Positions 26,744-36,277 of a stretch of 64,000 nt of DNA are shown in pieces (position 1 is the stretch's first letter; the number at the start of each line of letters is the position of its first letter). The notes below the pieces were generated by a model that had not been told where the DNA came from, searched no databases, and worked only from the letters and a program-made list of their open reading frames with translations. A program made the position numbers and the translations under genes. This DNA comes from Candidatus Binatia bacterium (GTDB lineage: Bacteria; Desulfobacterota; Binatia; UTPRO1): NCBI GenBank assembly GCA_036496285.1, contig DASXLI010000019.1, positions 8,244 to 72,243 of the forward strand, given 5' to 3'.

Positions 26744-27487
26744 ATGCTTGAAGTGCGAAACCTCACCAAACGGTACGGCGACATCGTCGCCGTCCGCGAC
26801 GTCAGCTTCAGCGCCGCGCAGGGGCAGATCCTCGGCTTCCTCGGCCCGAACGGCGCCGGCAAGACGACCACGATGCGCATCCTCACCGGCTTCCTGCCGG
26901 CGACGAGCGGCACCGCGAAGGTCGCCGGCTTCGACGTGTTCACCGAGAGCGCGGAGGTCCGCCGCCGCATCGGCTACCTGCCGGAGAACCCGCCGCTCTA
27001 CGCCGAGATGACGACCGAGGCGTACCTGCGCTTCGTCGCGCGCATCAAGGGCATGACGCGCGACGCGATCGAGGACGGCATCGACCGGGTCGTGAAGCTG
27101 TGCGGCCTGGAAGCGGTCCGCACCCGCCTGCTGAAGCACCTCTCGAAAGGCTTCCGCCAGCGCGCCGGCCTCGCGCAAGCGCTGATCCACGATCCGCCCG
27201 TCCTCGTGCTCGACGAGCCGACGATCGGCCTCGATCCGCGCCAGATCATCGAGATCCGCTCGCTCGTGCGCGAGCTCGCCGGCCAGCGCACGGTGATCCT
27301 CTCGACCCACATCCTGCCCGAGGTGTCGCAGATCTGCGAGAAGGTCGTGATCATCAACGACGGGCAGGTCGTGCTGGAAGACGACATGAAGAACCTCACG
27401 CGCACCGGCAGCCTCGAGGACGTGTTCCTGCGCGCCGTCGCCAAGGTCTCCACGCCGGAGGACGCCGGCATAAGCACGGAGCAGTAG
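26744..27487 (+). CDS. ABC transporter ATP-binding protein (GldA-like)
   Basis: Walker A GPNGAGKTT, signature LSKGFRQR and Walker B VLVLDEP. Confidence 0.9.
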   Translation: MLEVRNLTKRYGDIVAVRDVSFSAAQGQILGFLGPNGAGKTTTMRILTGFLPATSGTAKVAGFDVFTESAEVRRRIGYLPENPPLYAEMTTEAYLRFVARIKGMTRDAIEDGIDRVVKLCGLEAVRTRLLKHLSKGFRQRAGLAQALIHDPPVLVLDEPTIGLDPRQIIEIRSLVRELAGQRTVILSTHILPEVSQICEKVVIINDGQVVLEDDMKNLTRTGSLEDVFLRAVAKVSTPEDAGISTEQ

Positions 27488-27488
27488 C

Positions 27489-28262
27489 ATGCGGAACGTG
27501 CTCACCATCGCTGGACGCGAGCTGCGCTCGTACTTCGTCTCGCCGATCGCCTACGTCGTGCTGACCGGCTTCCTGCTGCTCGGCGGCTGGTTCTTCTTCA
27601 ACCTGCTGGCGCGCTTCAACATGCTGCTGACGATCTACTCGGCGCAGCAGAACCCCCAGGTCCTGCAACGGCTCAACCTGAACGAGTTCGTGATCGCGCC
27701 GCTGCTCCACAACCTCTCCGTGGTGCTCGTCATCCTCGTGCCGGTCATCACCATGCGCACGTTGGCGGAGGAGAAGAAGTCCGGCACCTACGAGCTGCTG
27801 CTGACGTCGCCGCTCCGCATCTCCGAGATCGTCATCGGCAAGTTCCTCGGGTCGTTCGTGTTCGTGCTGCTGATGGTGGCGCTCACGGGCGTGTACCCCC
27901 TCGTGCTCTTCGCCTACGGCAACCCCGAGGCGGGCGTGGTGCTCGCCGGCTACCTCGGCCTGACGCTGCTCGCGACCGCGTTCGTCGCGGTCGGCGTGCT
28001 GACGTCCGCGCTCACCGAGAACCAGATCATCGCGGCGGTGAGCTGCCTCGTGTCGCTCCTGCTGCTCTACATCATCGCCTGGCCGGCCGACAGCGCCGGG
28101 GAGACGGTCGGCGCGTTCCTGCGTTACATCTCGCTCACCGAGCACTTCGGCCAGATGGTGAAGGGCGTCATCGACTCGAAGGACATCGTCTACTTCGTGA
28201 GCGTCATCATGCTCGCGCTCTTCCTCACGCACCGCTCGGTCGAGTCGATTCGCTGGAGGTGA
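27489..28262 (+). CDS. ABC-2 type permease (GldF-like)
   Basis: 257 aa with six hydrophobic segments. It starts 1 nt after the ATPase stop. Confidence 0.8.
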   Translation: MRNVLTIAGRELRSYFVSPIAYVVLTGFLLLGGWFFFNLLARFNMLLTIYSAQQNPQVLQRLNLNEFVIAPLLHNLSVVLVILVPVITMRTLAEEKKSGTYELLLTSPLRISEIVIGKFLGSFVFVLLMVALTGVYPLVLFAYGNPEAGVVLAGYLGLTLLATAFVAVGVLTSALTENQIIAAVSCLVSLLLLYIIAWPADSAGETVGAFLRYISLTEHFGQMVKGVIDSKDIVYFVSVIMLALFLTHRSVESIRWR

Positions 28263-29809
28263 TGGTGGGCGGCCGGTCGACCTCGCTGTTCGGGCTGTGG
28301 GGCGTCGTGCTCCTCGTGTTCGGCATCGTCGCCTTCGCGGTGACGCCGGCCGCGCAGGCCTATGTCTTCCTCCACGTCGGCCTCGGCTTCCTGCTCATCG
28401 TCCTCTGGTTGACGGCCAGCCGCGACAGCCTGACGAGCGTCCTCGGCGAGCGCTCCACGAAGTACGGCGCGAACGCCGTCATCTACACGCTGATCTTCGT
28501 CGGCGTGCTGGCCGTCGTGAACTGGCTCGCGAGCCGCCACAACCACCGCTGGGACCTGACGAAGCAGAACGTCTTCTCGCTCTCCACCCAGTCGAAGAAC
28601 GTCCTCACCAAGCTCGAGCGGCCCGTCGTGTTCGACGCCTTCGTGCAGGCGGGCGCCGACCCCGAGGTCGAGGATCTCCTCGGCAGCTACCGCTACGCCT
28701 CCGACAAGGTCACGTTCCACATGGTCGACCCGGACAAGGAGCGCGACCTGGCGGAGCGCTACAAGGTCACCGAGCTGCCGACGATCCACATCCAGTACGG
28801 CGACCAGACCGCCACCGTCACCCGCGACATGACCGAGGAGGCCGTCACCAACGGCCTGATCAAGGCGACGAGCACCGCCAAGAAGGTCGCCTGCTTCCTC
28901 GACGGCCACGGCGAGCCCGACCTCGAGAACCGCGAGCAGCGCGGCTTCTCGGGCCTGAAGGACGCGCTCACCAACGAGAACTACGACACGCGCAAGGTGC
29001 TGCTGGCGACCGAGCAGGACGTGCCGCCGGAATGCACGGTGCTGATCGCGGTCGGCACGGAGAAGCCGCTCTTCGAGCACGAGGTGTCGCTCATCAGCAA
29101 CTATCTCCGCGCCGGGCGCTCGGCGCTCTTCCTGGTCGGCCCGCGGCGCGGCGCGCAGCTCGTGACGCTCGTCGATCCCTGGGGCGTGAAGATCACCGAC
29201 TCGGTCGTCGTCGACCAGGTCGTGCGGCTCTTCGAGGGCCCCGCGCTCGGCCTGCAGATCATCGCCTCGACGTACGGCACGCATCCGATCACCAAGGACT
29301 TCCACGAGCGGACGATCTTCCCGATGTCGCGCGCCGTCGACGCCAACGCCGCCGGCAAGACCGGCGTCAGCGCGATCGAGCTCGTGAAGTCGAGCGCGTC
29401 CTCGTGGGCGGAGACCGACGTCGCCGGCGTGTTCGATCGCGGCGAGGCGGCGCAGGACGACAAGGACATCAAGGGCCCCGTGTCGCTCGCCGTCGCGGTC
29501 ACCGGCAAGCACAAGGAGATGGGCTTCGGCAAGGAGGGCGAGACCAAGCTCGTCGTGGTCGGCGACTCGGACTTCGCCACCAACCAGTTCCTGCCCCAGG
29601 TCTTCAACCGCGATCTGCTGCTCAACATGATGAACTGGCTCGGCGGCCAGGAGGAGCTCATCGCGATCCGCCCGCGCGCGATCGAGGCATCCCGTGCGCA
29701 GCTGACGCCCGACGAGAGCCGGCGGATCTTCTACCTCTCGGTGCTGATCATGCCGGAGCTCCTGCTGCTCCTCGGCCTCACCGTGTGGTGGCGCCGGAGC
29801 ACCAAGTGA
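28259..29809 (+). CDS. GldG-like ABC-transport auxiliary component
   Basis: 516 aa with N- and C-terminal TM anchors and a large exported domain. It occupies the third position of the conserved GldA/F/G-type module. Its GTG overlaps the permease stop. Confidence 0.7.
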   Translation: MMVGGRSTSLFGLWGVVLLVFGIVAFAVTPAAQAYVFLHVGLGFLLIVLWLTASRDSLTSVLGERSTKYGANAVIYTLIFVGVLAVVNWLASRHNHRWDLTKQNVFSLSTQSKNVLTKLERPVVFDAFVQAGADPEVEDLLGSYRYASDKVTFHMVDPDKERDLAERYKVTELPTIHIQYGDQTATVTRDMTEEAVTNGLIKATSTAKKVACFLDGHGEPDLENREQRGFSGLKDALTNENYDTRKVLLATEQDVPPECTVLIAVGTEKPLFEHEVSLISNYLRAGRSALFLVGPRRGAQLVTLVDPWGVKITDSVVVDQVVRLFEGPALGLQIIASTYGTHPITKDFHERTIFPMSRAVDANAAGKTGVSAIELVKSSASSWAETDVAGVFDRGEAAQDDKDIKGPVSLAVAVTGKHKEMGFGKEGETKLVVVGDSDFATNQFLPQVFNRDLLLNMMNWLGGQEELIAIRPRAIEASRAQLTPDESRRIFYLSVLIMPELLLLLGLTVWWRRSTK

Positions 29810-31362
29810 GGCCGCGCAACACCCTCTTCCTCCTCCTCGTCCTCGCGGCCCTCGGCGCCTACGTCTACTGGGTCGAGCTCCCGCACGAGAAGACCGAGGC
29901 CACGCAGAAGCGGCTCCTCGCGTTCGACAAGGACGCGGTCGCCTCGATCGACCTCCAGTACCCCGACCGCGCGATGAGCCTCGCGCGCGACGACCACGGC
30001 CACTGGCGCCTGACCAAGCCGATCGAGGCCGACGCCGACGACGCGACCGTCAACAACCTGCTCACCGCGATCTCCGAAGCGGAGGTGTCGCGCACGCTCG
30101 ACGGCGTCACCGACAAGCTCGCCTCCTACGGCCTCGATCCGGCCGAGGCGGCGGTCACGCTCGGGCTGAAGGGGGGCACGACCCTGCCGGCGGTGAAGGT
30201 CGGCAAGGGCACGCAGGTCGGCTTCTCCGCCTATGCCCGCAAGGACGACGACAACGCCGTGCTGATCGTCGGCGGCGGGCTCCCGACCGGTCTCAAGAAG
30301 GAGCTCAAGGACCTGCGCGACAAGGCCGTCATCTCGTTCGACGAGTCGCAGGTGCAGCGCGTCGTCATCAAGCGGCCGAACGAGACGATCGCAGTCGAGC
30401 GCCAGGGCGACCCGAGCGCCGAAACGTGGCGCATCACCACCCCGGGGTCGTATCCCGCCGACGCAGCCGAGATGCGTTCGCTCCTGGCGTCGATCCGCGG
30501 CATCCGCGCCGACGACTTCGCAAGCGACGATGCCGCCCCCGCGCTCGCGCCCTTCGGGCTCGACCAGCCGCGCCTCGAGGTCAGCGTGTTCGTCGGCAAG
30601 GACAGCGCGCAGCAGACACTGCTCGTCGGCGGCACGAAGAACGACCCGCAGAAGAAGACGATCTACGCGAAGCGCGCCAAGCGGCCGACCGTGTACACGA
30701 TCCCCGAGTACGCGGTGAAGAGCCTGGACAAGGATCTCTCCACCCTGCGCGACAAGACGGTCCTCGCCTTCGACAAGGCCAAGGCGGGGAAGCTCGTGGT
30801 GACACGCAAGGACGGGACCGGCTTCACCCTGGTGAAGCGCGACGGCGCGTGGCACCTCGACGCCCCCGGCGAAGGCGCCGAGCGCGGGCCCGCGATCACG
30901 CGCTTCCTCGACGACGTCGCGACGCTGAAGGGCAGCGAGATCGTCGAGGAGCACGCGGCCGACCTCGGCAAGTACGGCCTCGCGACGCCGGATCTCCTCA
31001 TCGTCGTGAGCGACGAGAGCGGTGCGAAGCTCGGCACCCTGCTCGGCACGCGTGGCGTCGCGCCCGCCGACCCCAACGCACCCGACGCCAAGTCGTTCGC
31101 GACCGCGGAGGGGAGCGGCGTCGTCTTCGGCATGAAGCCGTTCGTCTACGACCGCATCGACAAGAAGGCCGCGGACATGCGCGAGAAGCCCGCGACGCCG
31201 GTGCCAAGCGGCGCCGTCACGCCGGGCGCCGAGGGCGCCCCGCCCGCGCTCGGCGACGAGGGCGCCGCCATGCCGCCGGGCGCGGGTGATGCCCGTGGTG
31301 CCCATGATGCGGACGATGGCGGCGACGCCGGCGATGACGACGGCGGCGGCGACGACGACTAG
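29806..31362 (+). CDS. DUF4340-like exported protein with an acidic tail
   Basis: GTG start overlaps the GldG-like stop (GTGA). The N-terminal anchor is LFLLLVLAALGAYVYWV. The pattern W(R/H)L(T)KP...ADxxxV recurs three times. The C-terminus is DADDGGDAGDDDGGGDDD. Confidence 0.65.
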   Translation: MRPRNTLFLLLVLAALGAYVYWVELPHEKTEATQKRLLAFDKDAVASIDLQYPDRAMSLARDDHGHWRLTKPIEADADDATVNNLLTAISEAEVSRTLDGVTDKLASYGLDPAEAAVTLGLKGGTTLPAVKVGKGTQVGFSAYARKDDDNAVLIVGGGLPTGLKKELKDLRDKAVISFDESQVQRVVIKRPNETIAVERQGDPSAETWRITTPGSYPADAAEMRSLLASIRGIRADDFASDDAAPALAPFGLDQPRLEVSVFVGKDSAQQTLLVGGTKNDPQKKTIYAKRAKRPTVYTIPEYAVKSLDKDLSTLRDKTVLAFDKAKAGKLVVTRKDGTGFTLVKRDGAWHLDAPGEGAERGPAITRFLDDVATLKGSEIVEEHAADLGKYGLATPDLLIVVSDESGAKLGTLLGTRGVAPADPNAPDAKSFATAEGSGVVFGMKPFVYDRIDKKAADMREKPATPVPSGAVTPGAEGAPPALGDEGAAMPPGAGDARGAHDADDGGDAGDDDGGGDDD

Positions 31363-31490
31363 TCCGTCACCGCGCCGAAGAACCCAGGTCACGACCCGCC
31401 GTCCTCCCTGATTTTTGGCCGCCGGATGCCACGTCGCCGTGATGGGAGCGGCGGCGGCCGGTCGCTAGGCTCCGCCGCCGGAGGAGCCCG

Positions 31491-32990
31491 ATGGCCACGC
31501 ACCCCAAGAGCCCGCACCGTATCTCGCGCCGGCGTTTCCTCGGCGGCGCCGCCGCCACCGCCGCCATGGCGACCCTCTCGCTGCCGCGCCGCAGCGAGGC
31601 CAGCACGCACCACGCCGACGTCGTGGTGGTCGGCGCCGGGCTCGCCGGCCTGACCGCCGCCCGGCTCATCGCGAGCGCGGGACGCTCGGTCGTCGTGCTC
31701 GAGGCGCGCGAGCGGGTCGGCGGCCGCACCCTCACCCACACGCTCTCGAACGGCGGCTACGCAGAGCTGGGCGGCATGTTCACCGGCCCGACGCAGGACC
31801 GCATCCAGGCGCTCGCCGCGTCCGTCGGCGTCGCGACGTACCCGACCTACAATACCGGGAACAGCGTCTTCGTCGGCGGCGACGGCCGGCGCGAGGTGTA
31901 CCCGACCAACACCCCGCTCGGGAACGCGCCGATCGATCCGCTGGTCGCGGGCGACGTCACGCTCGCGGTGCTCCAGCTCGACCAGATGTCGCAGAGCGTG
32001 CCGGTCGACAGCCCGTGGACGGCCGCCAACGCGGAGACGCTCGACCGCCAGACGCTCGACCAGTGGCTGCGCAGCAACACGACCGGCACCGACGAGTTCA
32101 TGAGCGTCACCGCGGCGGCGACCGAGGCGATCTTCGGCGCCGAGCCCCGCGACCTCTCGCTGCTCTACACGCTGTTCTACATCGCAGCCTCCGGCAACGA
32201 GTCGAACCCGGGCACGTTCGAGCGCAACTTCAACACCGCGGGCGGCGCGCAGGAGAGTCGCTTCGTCGGCGGCGCGCAATCGATCGCGCTCCGGGTCGCC
32301 GATCAGCTCGGGCGGAACATCGTCCTGAACCGGCCCGTGACTCGCATCGTCCAGACCGGCACCGGCGTCACCGTCTACTCCGACCGTGTGAAGACGAAGG
32401 CGCAGCAGGTGATCGTCGCGATCCCGCCGGCACTGGCGCAGCGCATCGACTACGACCCGCAGCTGCCGCCGCTGCGCGACCAGCTGATGCAGCACATGCC
32501 GCAGGGCACCCTGATCAAGTTCGAGGCCGTGTATCCGACGCCGTTCTGGCGCGCCGCCGGCCTGAACGGCCAGGCGGTGAGCGAGATCGGCCCCGCCAAG
32601 ACGACCTTCGACGTCTCGCCCGCGGACGGCAGCTACGGCGTGCTCATGGGCTTCATCGGCGGCCACGAGGCGCGCTACTGGGAAACCCAGCCGAGCGCCG
32701 ATCTCGTAGCGGCCGCGCTGCAGAACTTCGCCACCTACTTCGGCAACCAGGCGCTGTCACCGAGCGAGGTCGTGCAGTTCAACTGGTCCGCCGAGAAGTG
32801 GAACCGCGGCTGTCCCGTGGCGGTCCTCGGACCGGGCATTCTGCTCGACTTCGGCGCGGCGCTGCGCACCCCGTGCGGGCGGATACATTGGGCCGGCACC
32901 GAGACCTCGACCTACTGGAACGGGTACATGGACGGCGCCGTGCGCTCGGGCGAGCGCGCCGCTGCCGAGGTGCTACCGCTCCTCGCCTAG
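31491..32990 (+). CDS. flavin-containing amine oxidase family protein with a Tat signal
   Basis: Tat signal SRRRFLGGAAATAAMATL, then VVVVGAGLAGLTAARL...VLEARERVGGR (FAD-binding). The C-terminus has WAGTETS. Confidence 0.85.
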   Translation: MATHPKSPHRISRRRFLGGAAATAAMATLSLPRRSEASTHHADVVVVGAGLAGLTAARLIASAGRSVVVLEARERVGGRTLTHTLSNGGYAELGGMFTGPTQDRIQALAASVGVATYPTYNTGNSVFVGGDGRREVYPTNTPLGNAPIDPLVAGDVTLAVLQLDQMSQSVPVDSPWTAANAETLDRQTLDQWLRSNTTGTDEFMSVTAAATEAIFGAEPRDLSLLYTLFYIAASGNESNPGTFERNFNTAGGAQESRFVGGAQSIALRVADQLGRNIVLNRPVTRIVQTGTGVTVYSDRVKTKAQQVIVAIPPALAQRIDYDPQLPPLRDQLMQHMPQGTLIKFEAVYPTPFWRAAGLNGQAVSEIGPAKTTFDVSPADGSYGVLMGFIGGHEARYWETQPSADLVAAALQNFATYFGNQALSPSEVVQFNWSAEKWNRGCPVAVLGPGILLDFGAALRTPCGRIHWAGTETSTYWNGYMDGAVRSGERAAAEVLPLLA

Positions 32991-33114
32991 CCAGCGCGCC
33001 CGCTCGGGGCCTCCGTCTGCGACGCTCGCCAGGTATTTCCCTGGTAGTCGCGGCCGCTTTCCTCTATAGGGAGGTGGGCTACGGTGTCAGCGGCGGTGTG
33101 TGGAGGCGGAGGGG

Positions 33115-35040
33115 ATGTACGAGCAGTTCTTCGGGCTGGAGGAAGAGCCATTCCGGCTGACGCCTGATCCGCGTTACCTCTTCCTGTCCACGAAGCACGC
33201 GGAAGCGCTGGCCCACCTGAAGCTCTGCCTCACCGAGTCGAGCGGCTTCGTCTGCATCACGGGCGACGTCGGCACCGGCAAGACGACGCTCCTGCGTCTC
33301 TTCCTCTCCGAGCTCGGCCCGAACGTCTCATCGGCCTATACGTTCGTCCCGCCGCTCTCCGCGGTCGAGCTGCTGCGCCGCATCTGCCGCGAGTTCAAGC
33401 TGCCGGTCGCGGACCAGACGCAGGACGAGCTGGTCGAGCAGCTCCATCAGTTCCTCATGGCGCAGTACCGCGAGGGACGGATGTGCGTCCTCATCCTCGA
33501 CGAGGCACAGGCGCTCTCGATCGAGCTGCTGGAGCAGATCCGGCTCCTGCTGAACCTCGAGACCAACACGCAGAAGCTGCTGCGCATCGTGCTCGTCGGC
33601 CAACCCCAGCTGCGGAAGCTCCTGCTCGACCCCGACCTGGCGCAGCTGAACCAGCGCATCACCCTGCGCTGGCATCTCGGGCCGCTCTCGGCGCGCCAGA
33701 CGACGGGCTACATCACGCATCGCCTCACGGTGGCGAGCGGCGGACGCGGCACCCACGTGTTCACCCGCCCCGCCCTGCGGCTCATCCACCACATCTCCGG
33801 GGGCGTGCCGCGCCTGATCAACATGATCGCGCACCGGGCGCTGCTGGCGGCGTTCGTCGAGCGCGAGCCGCGCATCACCCGGCGGACGATCTCGCGGGCC
33901 TACAAGGAGATTCAATCGGTGCCGCTGCCGGGCACCCTCTCGATGCCGCGCCGGGCGATCTTCGCCACGGTCGGGCTCGCGGTGGGCGCCCTCCTCGTGG
34001 TCATGGGCGGGCCCCAGCTCGACTGGCTGCAGCCGCGGCTCTCCGAGGCGATGCGTGGTGTGAGCCGACTGAATCCCGGGCGTGTGTCCGCCGCGATCAG
34101 CGCGCCGGTGGTCGGCGCCCCGGCCGTCGAGCAGGTGAAGGTCGCGCTCGCGGAGGAGCGGCCGCGCGCGGAGCCCGCCGCCGACGTCGCGCCGGCGCTG
34201 GTCCGCGAGATCGCGCCGGCGGCCGCCGCGCCATCCGAGCTCGCCGGGGAAGCGCATCCCGACGCGGCGCTCGCGCCGCCGACGATGCCTGCGGAGCCCC
34301 CGCCCGCGGAGACTGCCGCCCCCGCACAGACCGCCTGGCAGGTCACGACGCGCCTCGGGACGGGTCTCGACGCATCGAAGCCGATGTCCGACACCGACCT
34401 GTCGCGCACGGTCACCAGCACCGGCGTGGAGGGGACGGCGCGCGCGGCGACCGATGGCATCCTCGCGGCGTGGGGCGAGCATCCACTGGCGGCGAACGAG
34501 ACCCAGCTTCCGGACGAGCTCGAGACCGTCGCGATGCGGCGCGGCCTGCTCGACGTCGGCCTGACCGGAAACCGGAGCATGCTCCGCCTGCTCGACCTGC
34601 CGGCGGTCCTCACGCTGCGGTTCCCGGGATCCACGACGCCGCGCTTCGTCGCGCTGCTCGGCATGGACGGCACGCAAGCGGTGCTGTCGATCGGCGGCGC
34701 GACCACGACCGTCGAGGCCGCTGCGCTCGACCGGATCTGGTCCGGCCAGGCGCACGTGCTGTGGCGCGACTTCGACGGCATCGGCGGCAACCTGTCGCGC
34801 GGCGCGCGCGGCGTCGTCGTGACGCGATTGCAGCAGCTCCTGCAACGCGCCGGGGTCTACCACGCGCGGCCGAGCGGCGTCTTCGACGCGGACACCCGAG
34901 CCGCGGTCGTCCAGTTCCAGCGCTCGAACCAGTTGGCCGAAGACGGCATCGTCGGCCCCTTGACGCGCATCGTGCTCTACCGCACCGCGGGTGGATACCC
35001 TCGGCCAACGCTCGCCGCAGCCACGCAAGGAGCCACGTGA
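33115..35040 (+). CDS. exeA: ExeA/GspA-like AAA+ ATPase with a C-terminal peptidoglycan-binding domain
   Basis: N-terminus MYEQFFGLEEEPFRLTPDPRYLF. Walker A GDVGTGKTT and Walker B LILDEAQ are present, followed by a TM segment. The C-terminus has PG_binding_1-like LQQLLQRAGVY...GVFDADTRAAVVQFQRSNQLAEDGIVGPLT. Confidence 0.85.
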   Translation: MYEQFFGLEEEPFRLTPDPRYLFLSTKHAEALAHLKLCLTESSGFVCITGDVGTGKTTLLRLFLSELGPNVSSAYTFVPPLSAVELLRRICREFKLPVADQTQDELVEQLHQFLMAQYREGRMCVLILDEAQALSIELLEQIRLLLNLETNTQKLLRIVLVGQPQLRKLLLDPDLAQLNQRITLRWHLGPLSARQTTGYITHRLTVASGGRGTHVFTRPALRLIHHISGGVPRLINMIAHRALLAAFVEREPRITRRTISRAYKEIQSVPLPGTLSMPRRAIFATVGLAVGALLVVMGGPQLDWLQPRLSEAMRGVSRLNPGRVSAAISAPVVGAPAVEQVKVALAEERPRAEPAADVAPALVREIAPAAAAPSELAGEAHPDAALAPPTMPAEPPPAETAAPAQTAWQVTTRLGTGLDASKPMSDTDLSRTVTSTGVEGTARAATDGILAAWGEHPLAANETQLPDELETVAMRRGLLDVGLTGNRSMLRLLDLPAVLTLRFPGSTTPRFVALLGMDGTQAVLSIGGATTTVEAAALDRIWSGQAHVLWRDFDGIGGNLSRGARGVVVTRLQQLLQRAGVYHARPSGVFDADTRAAVVQFQRSNQLAEDGIVGPLTRIVLYRTAGGYPRPTLAAATQGAT

Positions 35041-36203
35041 GTACCATCCTGAAGGCGCTCGAGGAGCTCGAGCAACGCGCGGCCGCGACTGGGGCCGTGC
35101 CGACCGCGACGACGACGACCGCGGCCGCCGCAGCCGCGGTGGCCGCGACACGCTACGAGCAGGCGCGGCCGCCACGGTCGCTCACCCTGCCAGTCGTGAT
35201 CGTGCTCACCGCGGGATCCCTTGTCGGCATGGCGTATTTCGCGCTCCGCGGAACCGCCCCGGAGACGATGACGCCCGCGGCACGGCCGCAGGAAGTCGCT
35301 CAGCAGATCGCTCCGCCCGCGCCGGACAAGCCCATGCTGCCGGTACTGCCCGGGCACCCTGCGGTGCCCGCGGCGCCCGTCGTTCCGGAGACGCGCGAGG
35401 AGCGGCCGGCAACCGCGGCCGCGGTATCGGCACCGGTCCGGGTAGCGGAGGCGGCGCCGCGTCCGGCTGCCGCACCGCCAGCGCCGCCTGCAGCAGTGAA
35501 GCCGATCGAGCCGCCGGGACCCCCGGTCGCCGCCGCTCGTGTCGCGGAGCGGCCCGCGGTGGCGGTCGTACAGGCACCCGCCGTCCCGCCGGTCGCACCA
35601 CCGAAACAGGCCGCGCCACCCATCACCGCGCCACCGGCGCCCATCGCCGCGCCACCGGCGCCCGCCGTCGCGCCGGTCCCGCCGGCAGTAGCAGCTGCCG
35701 TCGCTGCTCCGGCAGCGCCGCCTGCCGCGGCCGCGCCCGTCCGCGCACCCGCGCCAGCCGTCCACGACGAAGCGCCGTGGGGACGGGTCGATGGCGGCGC
35801 GGCCACGACCGCCGAGCGACCTGCAATGCCCGATGCGCCGCAGATGGCCGCACGCGAGAGCCTGCCGCCCCCCGTGCCGTCCGTTCGGACGCGCGCCAAC
35901 GCATTGGACGACGCGCCACGCCGCGAGGCGGCGGTGCGGCCGGCACGCCGCGACCCCGACGCCGAGCCCGCGCCGCGTGAGCGGAGGCCGGCGGCGGAGT
36001 CGTCGGGCGGCAACGTCGAGGTGATGTCGATCGGCTACGCGGAGGACATCAGCGTGCGCACGGCGACGCTCCGCATCGGCGGCCAGCCGGTGACGCTGCA
36101 CCAGGGCGATTCGGCACGGGGGGTCGAGGTGCAGCTCATCCTGCCGCACTCGGTCTACCTGCGCCGCGGGCGCGACATCTTCGCCATCGACGCGCGGCGC
36201 TAG
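35037..36203 (+). CDS. gspB: GspB/ExeB-like protein with a long Pro/Ala-rich linker
   Basis: GTG start overlaps the exeA stop (GTGA), with an AAGGAG RBS. The N-terminus STILKALEELEQ resembles the GspB SYILDALRKSE motif. A TM segment is present. The C-terminus has T2SS-B-like ATLRIGGQPVTLHQGDSARGVEVQLILPHSVYL. Confidence 0.7.
   Translation: MSTILKALEELEQRAAATGAVPTATTTTAAAAAAVAATRYEQARPPRSLTLPVVIVLTAGSLVGMAYFALRGTAPETMTPAARPQEVAQQIAPPAPDKPMLPVLPGHPAVPAAPVVPETREERPATAAAVSAPVRVAEAAPRPAAAPPAPPAAVKPIEPPGPPVAAARVAERPAVAVVQAPAVPPVAPPKQAAPPITAPPAPIAAPPAPAVAPVPPAVAAAVAAPAAPPAAAAPVRAPAPAVHDEAPWGRVDGGAATTAERPAMPDAPQMAARESLPPPVPSVRTRANALDDAPRREAAVRPARRDPDAEPAPRERRPAAESSGGNVEVMSIGYAEDISVRTATLRIGGQPVTLHQGDSARGVEVQLILPHSVYLRRGRDIFAIDARR
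35619..35660 (+). repeat. 21-bp tandem duplication inside the gspB-like coding region
   Basis: CCCATCACCGCGCCACCGGCG is followed by CCCATCGCCGCGCCACCGGCG (one mismatch). Together they encode PITAPPA/PIAAPPA. Confidence 0.8.
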
Positions 36204-36277
36204 CGCATCACATATGTCGTCCGGCGCTAGACGGTGCCGGGTACCCTAGGCTACGTCACGGTCGAGGAGTGCCCGCC

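Noticed and set aside
35280-35780. Highly repetitive GC-rich stretch that might be taken for a non-coding repeat array
   Set aside because: It lies in frame inside the gspB-like gene and encodes a Pro/Ala-rich linker. The only true tandem unit is the 21-bp duplication at 35619-35660. There is no spacer/repeat architecture, so it is not a CRISPR array.
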